Source of the DNA: a virus | DNA length: 64,000 nt | IMG/VR virus record: IMGVR_UViG_3300021961_000025 | Reading direction: 5' to 3' (one strand) | Shown here: positions 37,192 to 46,254 of the stretch, one piece after another | How positions within the stretch are numbered: the stretch's first letter is position 1 | How the letters are laid out: the number at the start of each line of letters is the position of its first letter | Translations under genes and position numbers: made by a program | The notes under the pieces: model-generated | The model's input: the letters and a program-made list of their open reading frames with translations, nothing else | The model's database searches: none | Told to the model about the DNA's origin: nothing

Positions 37192-37205
37192 GGAGTGATT
37201 ATAAA

Positions 37206-37469
37206 ATGACACGTGAAGAAATATCTTTAGCAATTGTGGAAGCAATTAAGAAGATTACTATGAAAAGCGATATCGAGATTCATGGTGATACGGATCTAAG
37301 GAATGATGTTGGTATTGACAGTTTAGATACTGTTGAGTTGCTAATGGACTTAGAAGATAATTACGGAGTGATTATTTCTAATGAAGAGGCAGAAACATTT
37401 AAAACTTTAGATGATGTGGTTACAATGGTTGAAGAAAAGTTAAACGACCCAAGTAAGAACAAGGAATAA
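37206..37469 (+). CDS. acpP: acyl carrier protein
   Basis: DVGIDSLDTVELLMDLED phosphopantetheine Ser motif. Confidence 0.9.
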   Translation: MTREEISLAIVEAIKKITMKSDIEIHGDTDLRNDVGIDSLDTVELLMDLEDNYGVIISNEEAETFKTLDDVVTMVEEKLNDPSKNKE

Positions 37470-37476
37470 AAATTAA

Positions 37477-37965
37477 ATGGCTGGATTACATATACTTAAA
37501 AACTCGCATCAAGAGGCAATAGTCAAAGTTTATACGACGAGTCCTTCAGGAGAAACTATTGATATTTCTCTACAGAACACTCTAACTTTGCCTACTGAAG
37601 TATATGTTACAGGAACAGCACTCACTGATGAAAGTGTAGATGGTGGTTATTCTACCTATACTGGTTCACATGTTATTATAACTGGTATTTGGTGGGGTGC
37701 TAAGGATGGTAAACAAGTAGACATTCTGCGTAAGATTGATGCTGTACCTACTTATCACAATCACTATTATCTAATTGGTGCGAACTTTTACGACTTTAAA
37801 GCATCAGGATTTGCTGATCGTGTTTACGCAAATAAAGATATTACAGTTAGTTTTGTTGGTGGAGAAGGACATTGTATTCTTCGCCTAAGTAAAATGGGTT
37901 GGAATCAAAAGATAGAATTACCACAATTTTCGGTTTATGATAATCCGAACGTTGTTGGTTCATAA
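37477..37965 (+). CDS. hypothetical (possibly virion) protein
   Basis: ORF track; late cluster. Confidence 0.5.
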   Translation: MAGLHILKNSHQEAIVKVYTTSPSGETIDISLQNTLTLPTEVYVTGTALTDESVDGGYSTYTGSHVIITGIWWGAKDGKQVDILRKIDAVPTYHNHYYLIGANFYDFKASGFADRVYANKDITVSFVGGEGHCILRLSKMGWNQKIELPQFSVYDNPNVVGS

Positions 37966-37977
37966 TAGAGGTTACGA

Positions 37978-38415
37978 ATGGATGAATTGAAAACAGCTTT
38001 AAAGATTGCAATCGCAAATAGTTTTGCAATGTATTATAAAGCACAGGCTATGCATTGGAATGTTGAGGGAATGTTCTTTGGACAGTTCCACGAATTCTTT
38101 GGTAATGTATACGAAGATATTTACGAGTCTATCGATAAGTCGGCAGAACAATTACGTGCACTAGGAGAGTATGCTCCTGCAAGTATTGACGATCTATATC
38201 GATATAAAACAGTAAATGAAAGTCAGCTAAATAGAGATGTAACGTCACAGTTAGAAGATCTATTAGTGACTAACACGATGCTTTTGGAGTCTTGGATGAA
38301 AGTACTTCATGAAGCAGAAAGCGAAATGCAACATGGTTTAGAAAACTATGCTGCTGAACGAATCGATGCTCATAAAAAACATGAGTGGATGATCAAATCA
38401 TATTTAAGGAAATAA
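37978..38415 (+). CDS. dps: Dps / mini-ferritin
   Basis: HWNVEG..F...H..F...YE...D..AE.LRALG; HKKHEWM. Confidence 0.92.
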   Translation: MDELKTALKIAIANSFAMYYKAQAMHWNVEGMFFGQFHEFFGNVYEDIYESIDKSAEQLRALGEYAPASIDDLYRYKTVNESQLNRDVTSQLEDLLVTNTMLLESWMKVLHEAESEMQHGLENYAAERIDAHKKHEWMIKSYLRK

Positions 38416-38416
38416 A

Positions 38417-38611
38417 ATGGAAAATAATGAAGTAAAAAATACAGAAGTAAAAGTAGAGGAAACTCCTGCTACTGCTCCTGCTGAACAAGTTGCTAGTGAA
38501 ACTAAAGTAGAAACACCTGCTGCTGCACCTGCAGTAGAAGCACCTAAGAACCCACTAATTGATGCAACAGTAAAAGAACTAAGTGACAAAATGGGATTCC
38601 GAGGTAATTAA
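38417..38611 (+). CDS. Ala/Pro/Glu-rich small protein
   Basis: ORF track. Confidence 0.45.
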   Translation: MENNEVKNTEVKVEETPATAPAEQVASETKVETPAAAPAVEAPKNPLIDATVKELSDKMGFRGN

Positions 38612-38627
38612 TTAAATCGAGGAAGAA

Positions 38628-39635
38628 ATGAAAAGTTACGGACAATTTATAGATGGACTATCTGAAGGAAAACTTACCGAGTTATCCAGATCCACTCTAT
38701 CATCATACTCGTCAAAGGCATCTGATGCATCAAAGCACAAAGGATTACCTACTAAAAAAGTAGATAATCGTTATGCTGGTGTAAAGAAAGCCAGTGACCA
38801 ATTAGCAAAGAAAAAATTAGGTGAAGAACAATGCACCTGCGATTGTGGTAAAAATCCATGCATTGAATGTGGCAAATCTCATCATAAAATGAACGAAGCA
38901 AAAGATCCTAACGAATACGATCGTGAAGGAGATATGGCTAAAACTCAATTAATGACTATCTGTCGTAATGCAGAAGATTTAATTGAAATGATGGATGACG
39001 ATGCTAACCTACCAGAATGGGTACAGGCTAAGATCGTTAAAGCAGAAGATTACATCACTACTGTTCGTGACTATTTGCAATCAGAAAAAGAACGTATGAA
39101 TGAGGCTGTAAAAGTACCATCTAAGTTCTCTGATATGCAGATTAAACAAGCATATGGTATTCTAAATGACAAACGATGGAAAGGTGGCAATATGACATCT
39201 ATCGTTAGTCGTATTGAAGCTATCGCTAAAGGTTTATCTAAACATCCTAACGTTTATCAAGCAATTAAACGTACCAACGAAGAATTATCACCAAAGCAAA
39301 AGAAAATCGATAAGAACAAAAATGGTAAAATCGATGGTTCTGATCTACAAGCAATACGTAAAGAGGCAGTTGAAAAAGCGACTGGCGATTTAAAAGATGC
39401 TTGCTGGAAAGGTTTCACTGCTGTAGGAACTAAAATGAAAAATGGTAAAAAAGTACCTAATTGTGTTCCTGTAAAAGAAGAAGAACTATCTGATGCTGAG
39501 GCAAAGAAAAAAGAAGAAATTGTGAAAGGCATGAAGAAGTCTTTCAAAGATTTTGTGAAGAAATACGGTAGCGAGAAAAAGGCAAAAGAAGTTATGTATG
39601 CCACTGCTGCGAAATTGGCACAAAAAAAGAAATAA
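38628..39635 (+). CDS. probable internal head protein (modular, K/E-rich)
   Basis: MKSYGQFI N-terminus; EYDREGDMAK, DKNKNGKID, CWKG...VPNCVP, VMYATA modules. Confidence 0.55.
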   Translation: MKSYGQFIDGLSEGKLTELSRSTLSSYSSKASDASKHKGLPTKKVDNRYAGVKKASDQLAKKKLGEEQCTCDCGKNPCIECGKSHHKMNEAKDPNEYDREGDMAKTQLMTICRNAEDLIEMMDDDANLPEWVQAKIVKAEDYITTVRDYLQSEKERMNEAVKVPSKFSDMQIKQAYGILNDKRWKGGNMTSIVSRIEAIAKGLSKHPNVYQAIKRTNEELSPKQKKIDKNKNGKIDGSDLQAIRKEAVEKATGDLKDACWKGFTAVGTKMKNGKKVPNCVPVKEEELSDAEAKKKEEIVKGMKKSFKDFVKKYGSEKKAKEVMYATAAKLAQKKK

Positions 39636-39650
39636 GTTTGAATTCTATAT

Positions 39651-39769
39651 CGAGTCATTCGACTCGCCCATAGCTAAATTAAATTGGTGGAATCGAAAGA
39701 AAGTAGCCAAACGTGATATAACTAGCCATAGGGATGATCTTTATAATCAAAGAGTAATTTAATAAGGAG
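39651..39769 (+). ncRNA. candidate structured intergenic RNA
   Basis: Nested stems, GAAA tetraloop, GAA/AGUA internal loop. Confidence 0.35.
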
Positions 39770-39777
39770 AAATCAAA

Positions 39778-40587
39778 ATGGCTCTATGGGGTAAAACAGA
39801 CGCACCAGTATCTCGTCCTAATTGGATCGATGTTGGTCAAATCAAAAAAATCGTAGTCACCGATGGTGGCTCAGGATATACATCTGCAACTGTAGCAATT
39901 ACTGCTCCTGCATCAGGAACACAAGCTACTGCAACTGCAGTAATTTCCAATGGAGCAATTGCTTCAATCACTATTACAAATCCAGGAGATGGATACGTAG
40001 CTGGTGATGCAGCAACTGTTACTATTTCTGGTGACGGAGCAGACGCTACTGCTGAAGCACGTAAAGCACCTAACACTTACGCTGCAACAGACTTAGTATT
40101 TGTTGACGAAACTGAAGCAGGAATCGCATCAAACAAAGCACGTGGTATCACTGGTGCTGGTTGGTGGTTAGTAAAAACTTATACAGACTCAGACGGAAAC
40201 ACTCGTCATAAAAATGAATGCATCGTAACAATGGCTGTAACTGCTGTTGCTGCTGGTGATCAAGCTGACGATACTGTTGCTGCTGATGTATTAGAAACTA
40301 TCACTATCACTGCACAACCTACTGATGAAACAACTGTCGCAGGTGAAGCAACATTCACTGTTACAGCTACAGTCGATCAAAGTGGTACAATCGCTTACCA
40401 ATGGCAACGTAAACTTGCTGCTGCAGGTTCTCGTTGGGCTAACGTTGCTGGCGAAACAGCAAACTCAATCGATCTTACTGGACAGACTGCTGCCAATGAG
40501 GGCGATGAGTATCGTGTAAAAATTACTACAAGCAAGGGTGCTAAAGAAGTTACTTCTGACGCAGCATCTGTTGTTTGGGGTGACTAA
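39778..40587 (+). CDS. virion structural protein with Ig-like domain
   Basis: MALWG start, GGSGYTSA..ITITNPG.GY repeats, C-terminal YQWQ...YRV Ig fold. Confidence 0.65.
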   Translation: MALWGKTDAPVSRPNWIDVGQIKKIVVTDGGSGYTSATVAITAPASGTQATATAVISNGAIASITITNPGDGYVAGDAATVTISGDGADATAEARKAPNTYAATDLVFVDETEAGIASNKARGITGAGWWLVKTYTDSDGNTRHKNECIVTMAVTAVAAGDQADDTVAADVLETITITAQPTDETTVAGEATFTVTATVDQSGTIAYQWQRKLAAAGSRWANVAGETANSIDLTGQTAANEGDEYRVKITTSKGAKEVTSDAASVVWGD

Positions 40588-40603
40588 ATAATAGTATAAA
40601 CCT

Positions 40604-40644
40604 AGAGTTGGGGTAGGGTTGTAACAAACCCTACCTACTCTTTA
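40604..40644 (+). terminator. stem-loop (terminator or 5' stabilizer)
   Basis: GAGT-GGGTAGGGTT...AACCCTACCT-ACTC followed by TTT; directly after CTAAATA 40584. Confidence 0.5.
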
Positions 40645-40666
40645 TTATCGAATAGGAGATATAAAA

Positions 40667-41269
40667 ATGGCTGATCAAAAGATCTCGGAACTAAATGCTG
40701 CAACGTCTGCTGCTGGTGCCGATTTATTTACCATCGTACAGGGTGGTTCTAACAAGAAATTAACTGTACAAAATTTTTTGGCGAATCTAAACTCGCCTGT
40801 TATTATTAACGAAAATGGTGCTGACCAAGACACTCGTGTTGAAGGATCTTCAGACGACAATCTATTGTTTGCTGATGCTTCAGCTGACAAAGTAGGTGTT
40901 GGTACTAATGCACCACAAGAAAAATTAGACGTAGACGGAAATCTTGCAATTTCTGGTGGGTTCTTACGTTTAAGTCAAACTCCACAATCTGCTAGTGGTA
41001 CTGCTACTGGCTCCCTTACAACTGCAATCACTTCGTTCACTCTTACGACAGGTGCTGACACTTTATCGTTAGCAAATGGCGTAGCTGGACAAATGAAGCA
41101 TGTCGTTGTTATCGGTGGTACTGGCTCATGCACAGTTACACCTGCAACTCGTTTGGGCTATTCATCTGTAACGATGAATGGTGCTGGAGACACTTTAACG
41201 CTAATGTATATTGATGATACATCTGGTTGGGCAATTTGCGCACAACACGGATGCACAGTTAACATCTAA
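40667..41269 (+). CDS. fiber-like virion protein
   Basis: MADQKISEL start, VGVGTNAPQEKLDVDGN fiber repeat. Confidence 0.65.
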   Translation: MADQKISELNAATSAAGADLFTIVQGGSNKKLTVQNFLANLNSPVIINENGADQDTRVEGSSDDNLLFADASADKVGVGTNAPQEKLDVDGNLAISGGFLRLSQTPQSASGTATGSLTTAITSFTLTTGADTLSLANGVAGQMKHVVVIGGTGSCTVTPATRLGYSSVTMNGAGDTLTLMYIDDTSGWAICAQHGCTVNI

Positions 41270-41293
41270 ATATAATTAACACTTGAGGATATT

Positions 41294-41491
41294 ATGGCTG
41301 ATAAAATCAAAGCTAAAGTTGATGAGTATCGTGGTTTGTTAAATCAGAAGAATAGTTATATGATTACTCTTCGTAACACCATTGCTCAAACACAAAAAGA
41401 AATTGACATGTTAACTGGTGCTGTACAAGCACTCGAACAAGTTATGGAACCTACAGAAGAAAAAGATGAGTCTAAAGCTGGACGAAAATAA
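41294..41491 (+). CDS. small coiled-coil protein
   Basis: GAGG SD; heptad pattern. Confidence 0.55.
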   Translation: MADKIKAKVDEYRGLLNQKNSYMITLRNTIAQTQKEIDMLTGAVQALEQVMEPTEEKDESKAGRK

Positions 41492-41843
41492 CTTTTTAAA
41501 GGTTGCTACATCTCACTATGACAACCCTGCTTGTGTAAGCACGGAAGAAATTGAAGATGATTTAAAGCGATTTTTATATGTACGTAAACTGATTAATCGT
41601 TATAAAAAAGATAACGCACTCAGAGAACGACTCATATTAAATCACGTTATTATTATCTACAATTTATGGGAGAAGTTAGCAACTGATATGTTGTTCTTCA
41701 AGATTGATGAACAGGACTGGGACGTACTCGCTTCAGTCCTGATTTATCTTGGTAGATTACCTGATTTTATTCCAGGAACTACTACAAGAGCAACAGAACT
41801 AAAATACGATGAATACGTATTAAGAACGCTAAGGGAAATCTAA
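41466..41843 (+). CDS. conserved T4-like hypothetical protein
   Basis: YDNP.C...E..DDLKRF.Y...RERLILNH. Confidence 0.7.
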   Translation: MSLKLDENNFLKVATSHYDNPACVSTEEIEDDLKRFLYVRKLINRYKKDNALRERLILNHVIIIYNLWEKLATDMLFFKIDEQDWDVLASVLIYLGRLPDFIPGTTTRATELKYDEYVLRTLREI

Positions 41844-42583
41844 TGTCGAGAACAGTAGACAATTTAATATCATACCGAATACTTTATATGCTAGTCACAC
41901 CCTTTAATAAGACTAAGGCATATGAGTTGGGTATTATTGACGAGAAAGGTAAGATCTTACGTAAGGTATCAGAGTTAACAACTGGTGCTGAGAAAGATGC
42001 TTATTCCTATCTCCATCGTCTAGTGTTTTCATTAAAAAGATTATTGGGCAAACTTCCTGGAGGAAACTCTAGGATTGCCTCTCTTGCAGCAGCATATTAC
42101 TTAATTAAAGAATACTACGAAACTAACAAATCTCTAGTTGATCTTGAAGAAAGATTTGAATCTTTATCAGAACAACAAGTAACTTTAGTCGAAGAAGAAT
42201 TATTAATCAACGACTTTCTTATACACGAGTTTATTCAAGAGGATGCACCTGCTAATGTAACAGGTGCTGGGGTATCTACTGACCAACCTGTCATCCATGT
42301 TAAAAAGGGACGCAAATATGCAACCTTTAAAGTAAGTGATGATATCTTCCGAAGATTTACTCAAGGAAAGAAAAAGTTTAAGCGTTGGTCGGAGTACCTC
42401 AATATTGAGGATGAATACGAGTCTCAAATCTATAACTATGCGAAACGTAATCCAAAAGGTGTTTTAATTTTAAAAACCGATGAGGATAAAATTAAAGCCA
42501 TTCGTTTCAATCGTAATGGAGGTGGTGCTTGGAGCAAGATTCAAAGAAAGAGTAATATAGTTTCTACTGAAGTAGTGAGGTAG
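41843..42583 (+). CDS. conserved T4-like hypothetical protein
   Basis: LVTPF..T.AYELGIIDEKG...HRLVF..KR. Confidence 0.7.
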   Translation: MSRTVDNLISYRILYMLVTPFNKTKAYELGIIDEKGKILRKVSELTTGAEKDAYSYLHRLVFSLKRLLGKLPGGNSRIASLAAAYYLIKEYYETNKSLVDLEERFESLSEQQVTLVEEELLINDFLIHEFIQEDAPANVTGAGVSTDQPVIHVKKGRKYATFKVSDDIFRRFTQGKKKFKRWSEYLNIEDEYESQIYNYAKRNPKGVLILKTDEDKIKAIRFNRNGGGAWSKIQRKSNIVSTEVVR

Positions 42584-42585
42584 AA

Positions 42586-43212
42586 ATGTTCGAATTCGTT
42601 TTTAGTTGGTTTAGCATAACAACATTATTGAGTCTGATTCCTGCGTTTTTAATTCAGGGATTAGTCATCGGTGGGCTGATTGCCTATTTTGTTTTAGGCA
42701 TTCCGTTTCCACTACCTTACAAATCATTATATCGTTTTGTTGCAGTCGTATCTATGTTGGTCGGTATTTGGCTAATGGGTGCAACTTGGAGCAATCGTGA
42801 AATGGTTGTTGAGATAAATAAACTGAAAGCAGAAATTGAGATGCTTGAAAAAGAAGCATCGATGGTAACTTCTGAAGTGAGAAAAGACTATGAACAAAAC
42901 AGAAAACAAATCGAAGACAATGGTAATGAAATCGCCAAACAAGTACCTAAGCTACTTAATGACGATGGTGTTGTTCAGTGCGATCTTGATCCTAACGTCA
43001 GGTTGCTCCACGACAGTGCCATTAAAAATGCGGTTCCCAACACCACCAGACGTGCTGATGGAGACACCGAAAAAACTGGAACAGTTACCCAACAAGAGTT
43101 AATGGGTACTGTTGTTAATAACTATACATCTTGTAATGAAGTGCGTGCTCAATTAGAAGCACTGCAAAAGTGGGTAAAAGAGATGGAGAGGATTTACACA
43201 GATGGCAAATGA
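42586..43212 (+). CDS. inner-membrane spanin (Rz-like)
   Basis: N-terminal TM segments, periplasmic coiled coil, NY..C....QL..LQ.W; contains an embedded lipoprotein gene. Confidence 0.7.
   Translation: MFEFVFSWFSITTLLSLIPAFLIQGLVIGGLIAYFVLGIPFPLPYKSLYRFVAVVSMLVGIWLMGATWSNREMVVEINKLKAEIEMLEKEASMVTSEVRKDYEQNRKQIEDNGNEIAKQVPKLLNDDGVVQCDLDPNVRLLHDSAIKNAVPNTTRRADGDTEKTGTVTQQELMGTVVNNYTSCNEVRAQLEALQKWVKEMERIYTDGK
42959..43102 (+). CDS. outer-membrane spanin lipoprotein (Rz1-like), embedded in +1 frame
   Basis: Lipobox LTSG-C, Pro-rich mature peptide CSTTVPLKMRFPTPPDVLM; the ORF extends up to 42890. Confidence 0.7.
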   Translation: MTMVLFSAILILTSGCSTTVPLKMRFPTPPDVLMETPKKLEQLPNKS

Positions 43213-43627
43213 GAAAGTAGAAGCAGAAGTAACTTTTCTGAAGAAGGTAGTCGATAAACTTGACACTTCTATAGAAAAGATTACTGATACGTCTGCGCAA
43301 ATTTCTAAATTACTTGCTGTTCACGATACAAGATTAGATAGTCAAGATAAACGTGACGAACGCATTGAAGACGAAATTAAAATTTTGCATGGTCGTATCA
43401 CAGAAAATAGTAAAGAAGTTATTAGTGCATTGCACGAAGTAGAACATCGTTTAGCAGATGCTGCACTAGATCAGCATCAAGATCTACATAAAGATATACA
43501 TATGGTCGGAGATCGTGTAAACGATTTAGAAAAATGGAAGTGGTATATTATGGGTGGTATTGCAGTATTCATCGCATTCATTTCTTCCACTGACATTGCA
43601 AGTTTTATCGCAAATTTATTCAAATAA
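43202..43627 (+). CDS. coiled-coil protein with C-terminal TM, upstream of primase
   Basis: LAVHD.RL...RV..LEKWKWYIMGG. Confidence 0.6.
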   Translation: MANEKVEAEVTFLKKVVDKLDTSIEKITDTSAQISKLLAVHDTRLDSQDKRDERIEDEIKILHGRITENSKEVISALHEVEHRLADAALDQHQDLHKDIHMVGDRVNDLEKWKWYIMGGIAVFIAFISSTDIASFIANLFK

Positions 43628-43648
43628 CATAACCTACAATATTCTAAA

Positions 43649-43677
43649 GAAGGGATCTTTAACGGATCCCTTTTTTA
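43649..43677 (+). terminator. intrinsic terminator
   Basis: AAGGGATC...GATCCCTT followed by a T run. Confidence 0.8.
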
Positions 43678-43678
43678 T

Positions 43679-43727
43679 TTGTCCTGCAAGTTTGACTGCA
43701 GTAGAATAGTCGGTGTTAGGGTTGAAG
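43679..43727 (+). promoter_or_regulatory. TGCAA-box promoter with conserved 19-nt downstream element (copy 2)
   Basis: TGCAA-gtttgactgcag-TAGAAT-a-GTCGGTGTTAGGGTTGAAG. Confidence 0.65.
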
Positions 43728-43757
43728 CTGATATTAATACTATGTTACAGATTTATG

Positions 43758-43786
43758 TTGACTTTTGTTGAAAGATGTAGTATAAT
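43758..43786 (+). promoter_or_regulatory. early promoter (primase)
   Basis: TTGACT-N17-TATAAT. Confidence 0.8.
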
Positions 43787-43814
43787 AATCGTAAATTATT
43801 GAGAGATCTATTGA

Positions 43815-44846
43815 ATGCTTTATATTGATGCGAAATACGCTAGTATGTTACAACCTCGTGTTCGTAACTTCAAACAGCTAAAAGATTACCTATGGAACTT
43901 CTCTTGTCCAGTTTGTGGTGATAGTAAAAAGAACAAACTAAAAGCAAGAGCATACATCTATCGTAAGAAGAACGATCTATTTGTTAAATGCCATAACTGT
44001 GCTTATGGTTCGAACATTGGTAACTTTATTAAGTTTATTGATGTATCGTTATATGATGCCTATGCACTAGAGCGATTTTCACAAGGCACACATCGTTCGA
44101 ACGATCATAAGGTTCCAGACTTCTTTGAACAATTTAAAGAGGAGCCTATGTTAGAAGAAAAGATTGAGGACGAGTTACTCTCTACTCTACGTTGTATTGA
44201 CGATCTAAAAGAAGATCATCCTATACGTCAATACTGTATTAATCGTAAGATACCTCTTGCGAGTTTAAAAAATTTATACTACACATCAAAGTTTTTTGAT
44301 TGGGTAAACAATAACATCGTCTGGAAGTTTCCAGAAATCGGTGGCGACCATCCACGTCTTGTCATACCTTTTATTGATGAGCATGGTCGAGTTATTGCAA
44401 TTACTGGTAGAGCATTCGGTGAAGAGAAACCTAAGTATTATACCATTAAGGTAAAAGAAAACGCACCAAAAATTTTTGGGCTAGAACGTATTAATTATGC
44501 AAAGACTGTGCATGTGGTTGAAGGACCAATCGATAGTTTGTTCTTGCCTAATTGTATTGCTGTTGCTGGTAGTGACTTTGATACTATAGAAGTCCAAGCC
44601 ATTAAGAGCAATGTAATATTGATACCTGATAACGAGCCACGAAATAAAGAGATCGTTAAGATGGTAAACAAATATATAGAAAACGACTATCGTGTTGTGA
44701 TGTTTCCTGACACAGTCGTTGAAAAAGATATTAATGAGATGATACTTGCAGGAAAGACTTCCGAAGATATTATGTCACTAATTAACACTAACGTGTATTC
44801 TGGTATGGAAGCACAAATGAGGTTTAGTCAATGGAAGAAATGTTAA
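43815..44846 (+). CDS. 61: DNA primase
   Basis: CPVCGDS, KCHNC zinc finger, VEGPIDSLF, DNEPRN, KDINEM. Confidence 0.96.
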   Translation: MLYIDAKYASMLQPRVRNFKQLKDYLWNFSCPVCGDSKKNKLKARAYIYRKKNDLFVKCHNCAYGSNIGNFIKFIDVSLYDAYALERFSQGTHRSNDHKVPDFFEQFKEEPMLEEKIEDELLSTLRCIDDLKEDHPIRQYCINRKIPLASLKNLYYTSKFFDWVNNNIVWKFPEIGGDHPRLVIPFIDEHGRVIAITGRAFGEEKPKYYTIKVKENAPKIFGLERINYAKTVHVVEGPIDSLFLPNCIAVAGSDFDTIEVQAIKSNVILIPDNEPRNKEIVKMVNKYIENDYRVVMFPDTVVEKDINEMILAGKTSEDIMSLINTNVYSGMEAQMRFSQWKKC

Positions 44847-45214
44847 ATTACGACTTTGATTTTAAAGTCGATGGGTCGATGGTAAGAAATTATAGTGTTG
44901 CGTGTAGCGACAAAAACCCAATACATTTTTCTCCACACAATGTAGTTCCTGGAGGATTGATTACTGGACTACTACTAAGTAATCCTGTGGACAATTATTA
45001 CATTCGTAAAATAGAAATTAAGTTTTTGAATGTAACATACTATCCTGCTACAATAAACGTTAAACGAAAAGTAACTTCCTACAAAATAGGAAAATCTGGA
45101 ATACGTGCACAGATGGTAATGAGTGCATTCGTTAATGGCGAATGTGTTTGTGAAGCATCTGGTGAAGTATTCAAACCCAACGAGGAGTTCTATGACAGAA
45201 TCAAAGGTAATTGA
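44831..45214 (+). CDS. MaoC-like hotdog-fold dehydratase
   Basis: SDKNPIH catalytic motif, VPGGL, KFLN..Y. Confidence 0.65.
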   Translation: MEEMLNYDFDFKVDGSMVRNYSVACSDKNPIHFSPHNVVPGGLITGLLLSNPVDNYYIRKIEIKFLNVTYYPATINVKRKVTSYKIGKSGIRAQMVMSAFVNGECVCEASGEVFKPNEEFYDRIKGN

Positions 45215-45551
45215 TATGACAAAAATACGTGAACAAAAAGATTTCGAAGCAAAACAAAAAGAAGCGATTGAAGAACAAAATACAATTATGCAACCAATCT
45301 ATCAATCGTTAATGAGAATTAAGAATCCTAAAATGGCAATCAATGCTGCACAAGCATTAATTACTGTAGGTAAGGATTTACTTTTACTTGAAACTGGAGA
45401 AGCAAACACAAGAGCATTTATTTCAAATATGAAAATGGATACTCCAGAGATGGTAAAGGCACAAAGACAAGCTGAAGCAAAACAGGCTGTCGAGGATCTA
45501 AAAGAAAAAGTATCCAAGTTAGAAGTCGAAGACCCACAAAACCTACATTAA
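45192..45551 (+). CDS. hypothetical protein
   Basis: GAGGAG SD before ATG 45192. Confidence 0.55.
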   Translation: MTESKVIDMTKIREQKDFEAKQKEAIEEQNTIMQPIYQSLMRIKNPKMAINAAQALITVGKDLLLLETGEANTRAFISNMKMDTPEMVKAQRQAEAKQAVEDLKEKVSKLEVEDPQNLH

Positions 45552-45570
45552 TTTAAGAAGGAATTTTATA

Positions 45571-46254
45571 ATGAACGTGAGATTGATCTCTTATTCTATG
45601 CCACCTAAAGATGCATTTATTGGCTTAGATAATCTTATGGATATTATTGCCTATTGTGCACGAGTATCTAATCCCAGCAATCAAATGAATAATGAAACTG
45701 CTGAGAAGTTAATTAAATACTTGATTAAGCATCAGCATTGGTCTCCTCTTGAGATGGTCAGTGCTTGTTTAGAGATTAATACGACTAGAGATATCGCACA
45801 TCAGATTGTGCGTCATCGTTCGTTTAGTTTCCAAGAGTTTTCACAGCGTTATGCTGATCCTGCAGACATGGGTAATCAATTTGTTATTCGTGATGCACGA
45901 CTACAAGATTTAAAGAATCGTCAAAACAGCATTGAAACAGAAAATGTTGAACTTCACCATCAATGGATTGAACGTCAACAAGCTGTTATTGAATTGGCTA
46001 AAGCCACATACGAATGGGCAATCTCTGAAGGGATTGCGAAAGAACAGGCTCGAGTAATTTTACCTGAGGGTAATACCAAATCTCGACTGTATATGAACGG
46101 AACTTTGCGTTCTTGGATTCACTACATTCAGTTACGTAGTGCACACGGAACACAAAAGGAACATATGGAAATTGCGAAGGAATGTGCGTGTGTTATTGCC
46201 AGCATATTTCCTCTTATTAAGGACTTGTTAAATGACGAAACACAAAGTAGTTGA
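45571..46254 (+). CDS. thyX: flavin-dependent thymidylate synthase ThyX
   Basis: ARVSN, HWSPLE, RHRSFSFQEFSQRY, KEQAR, TQKEH. Confidence 0.96.
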   Translation: MNVRLISYSMPPKDAFIGLDNLMDIIAYCARVSNPSNQMNNETAEKLIKYLIKHQHWSPLEMVSACLEINTTRDIAHQIVRHRSFSFQEFSQRYADPADMGNQFVIRDARLQDLKNRQNSIETENVELHHQWIERQQAVIELAKATYEWAISEGIAKEQARVILPEGNTKSRLYMNGTLRSWIHYIQLRSAHGTQKEHMEIAKECACVIASIFPLIKDLLNDETQSS

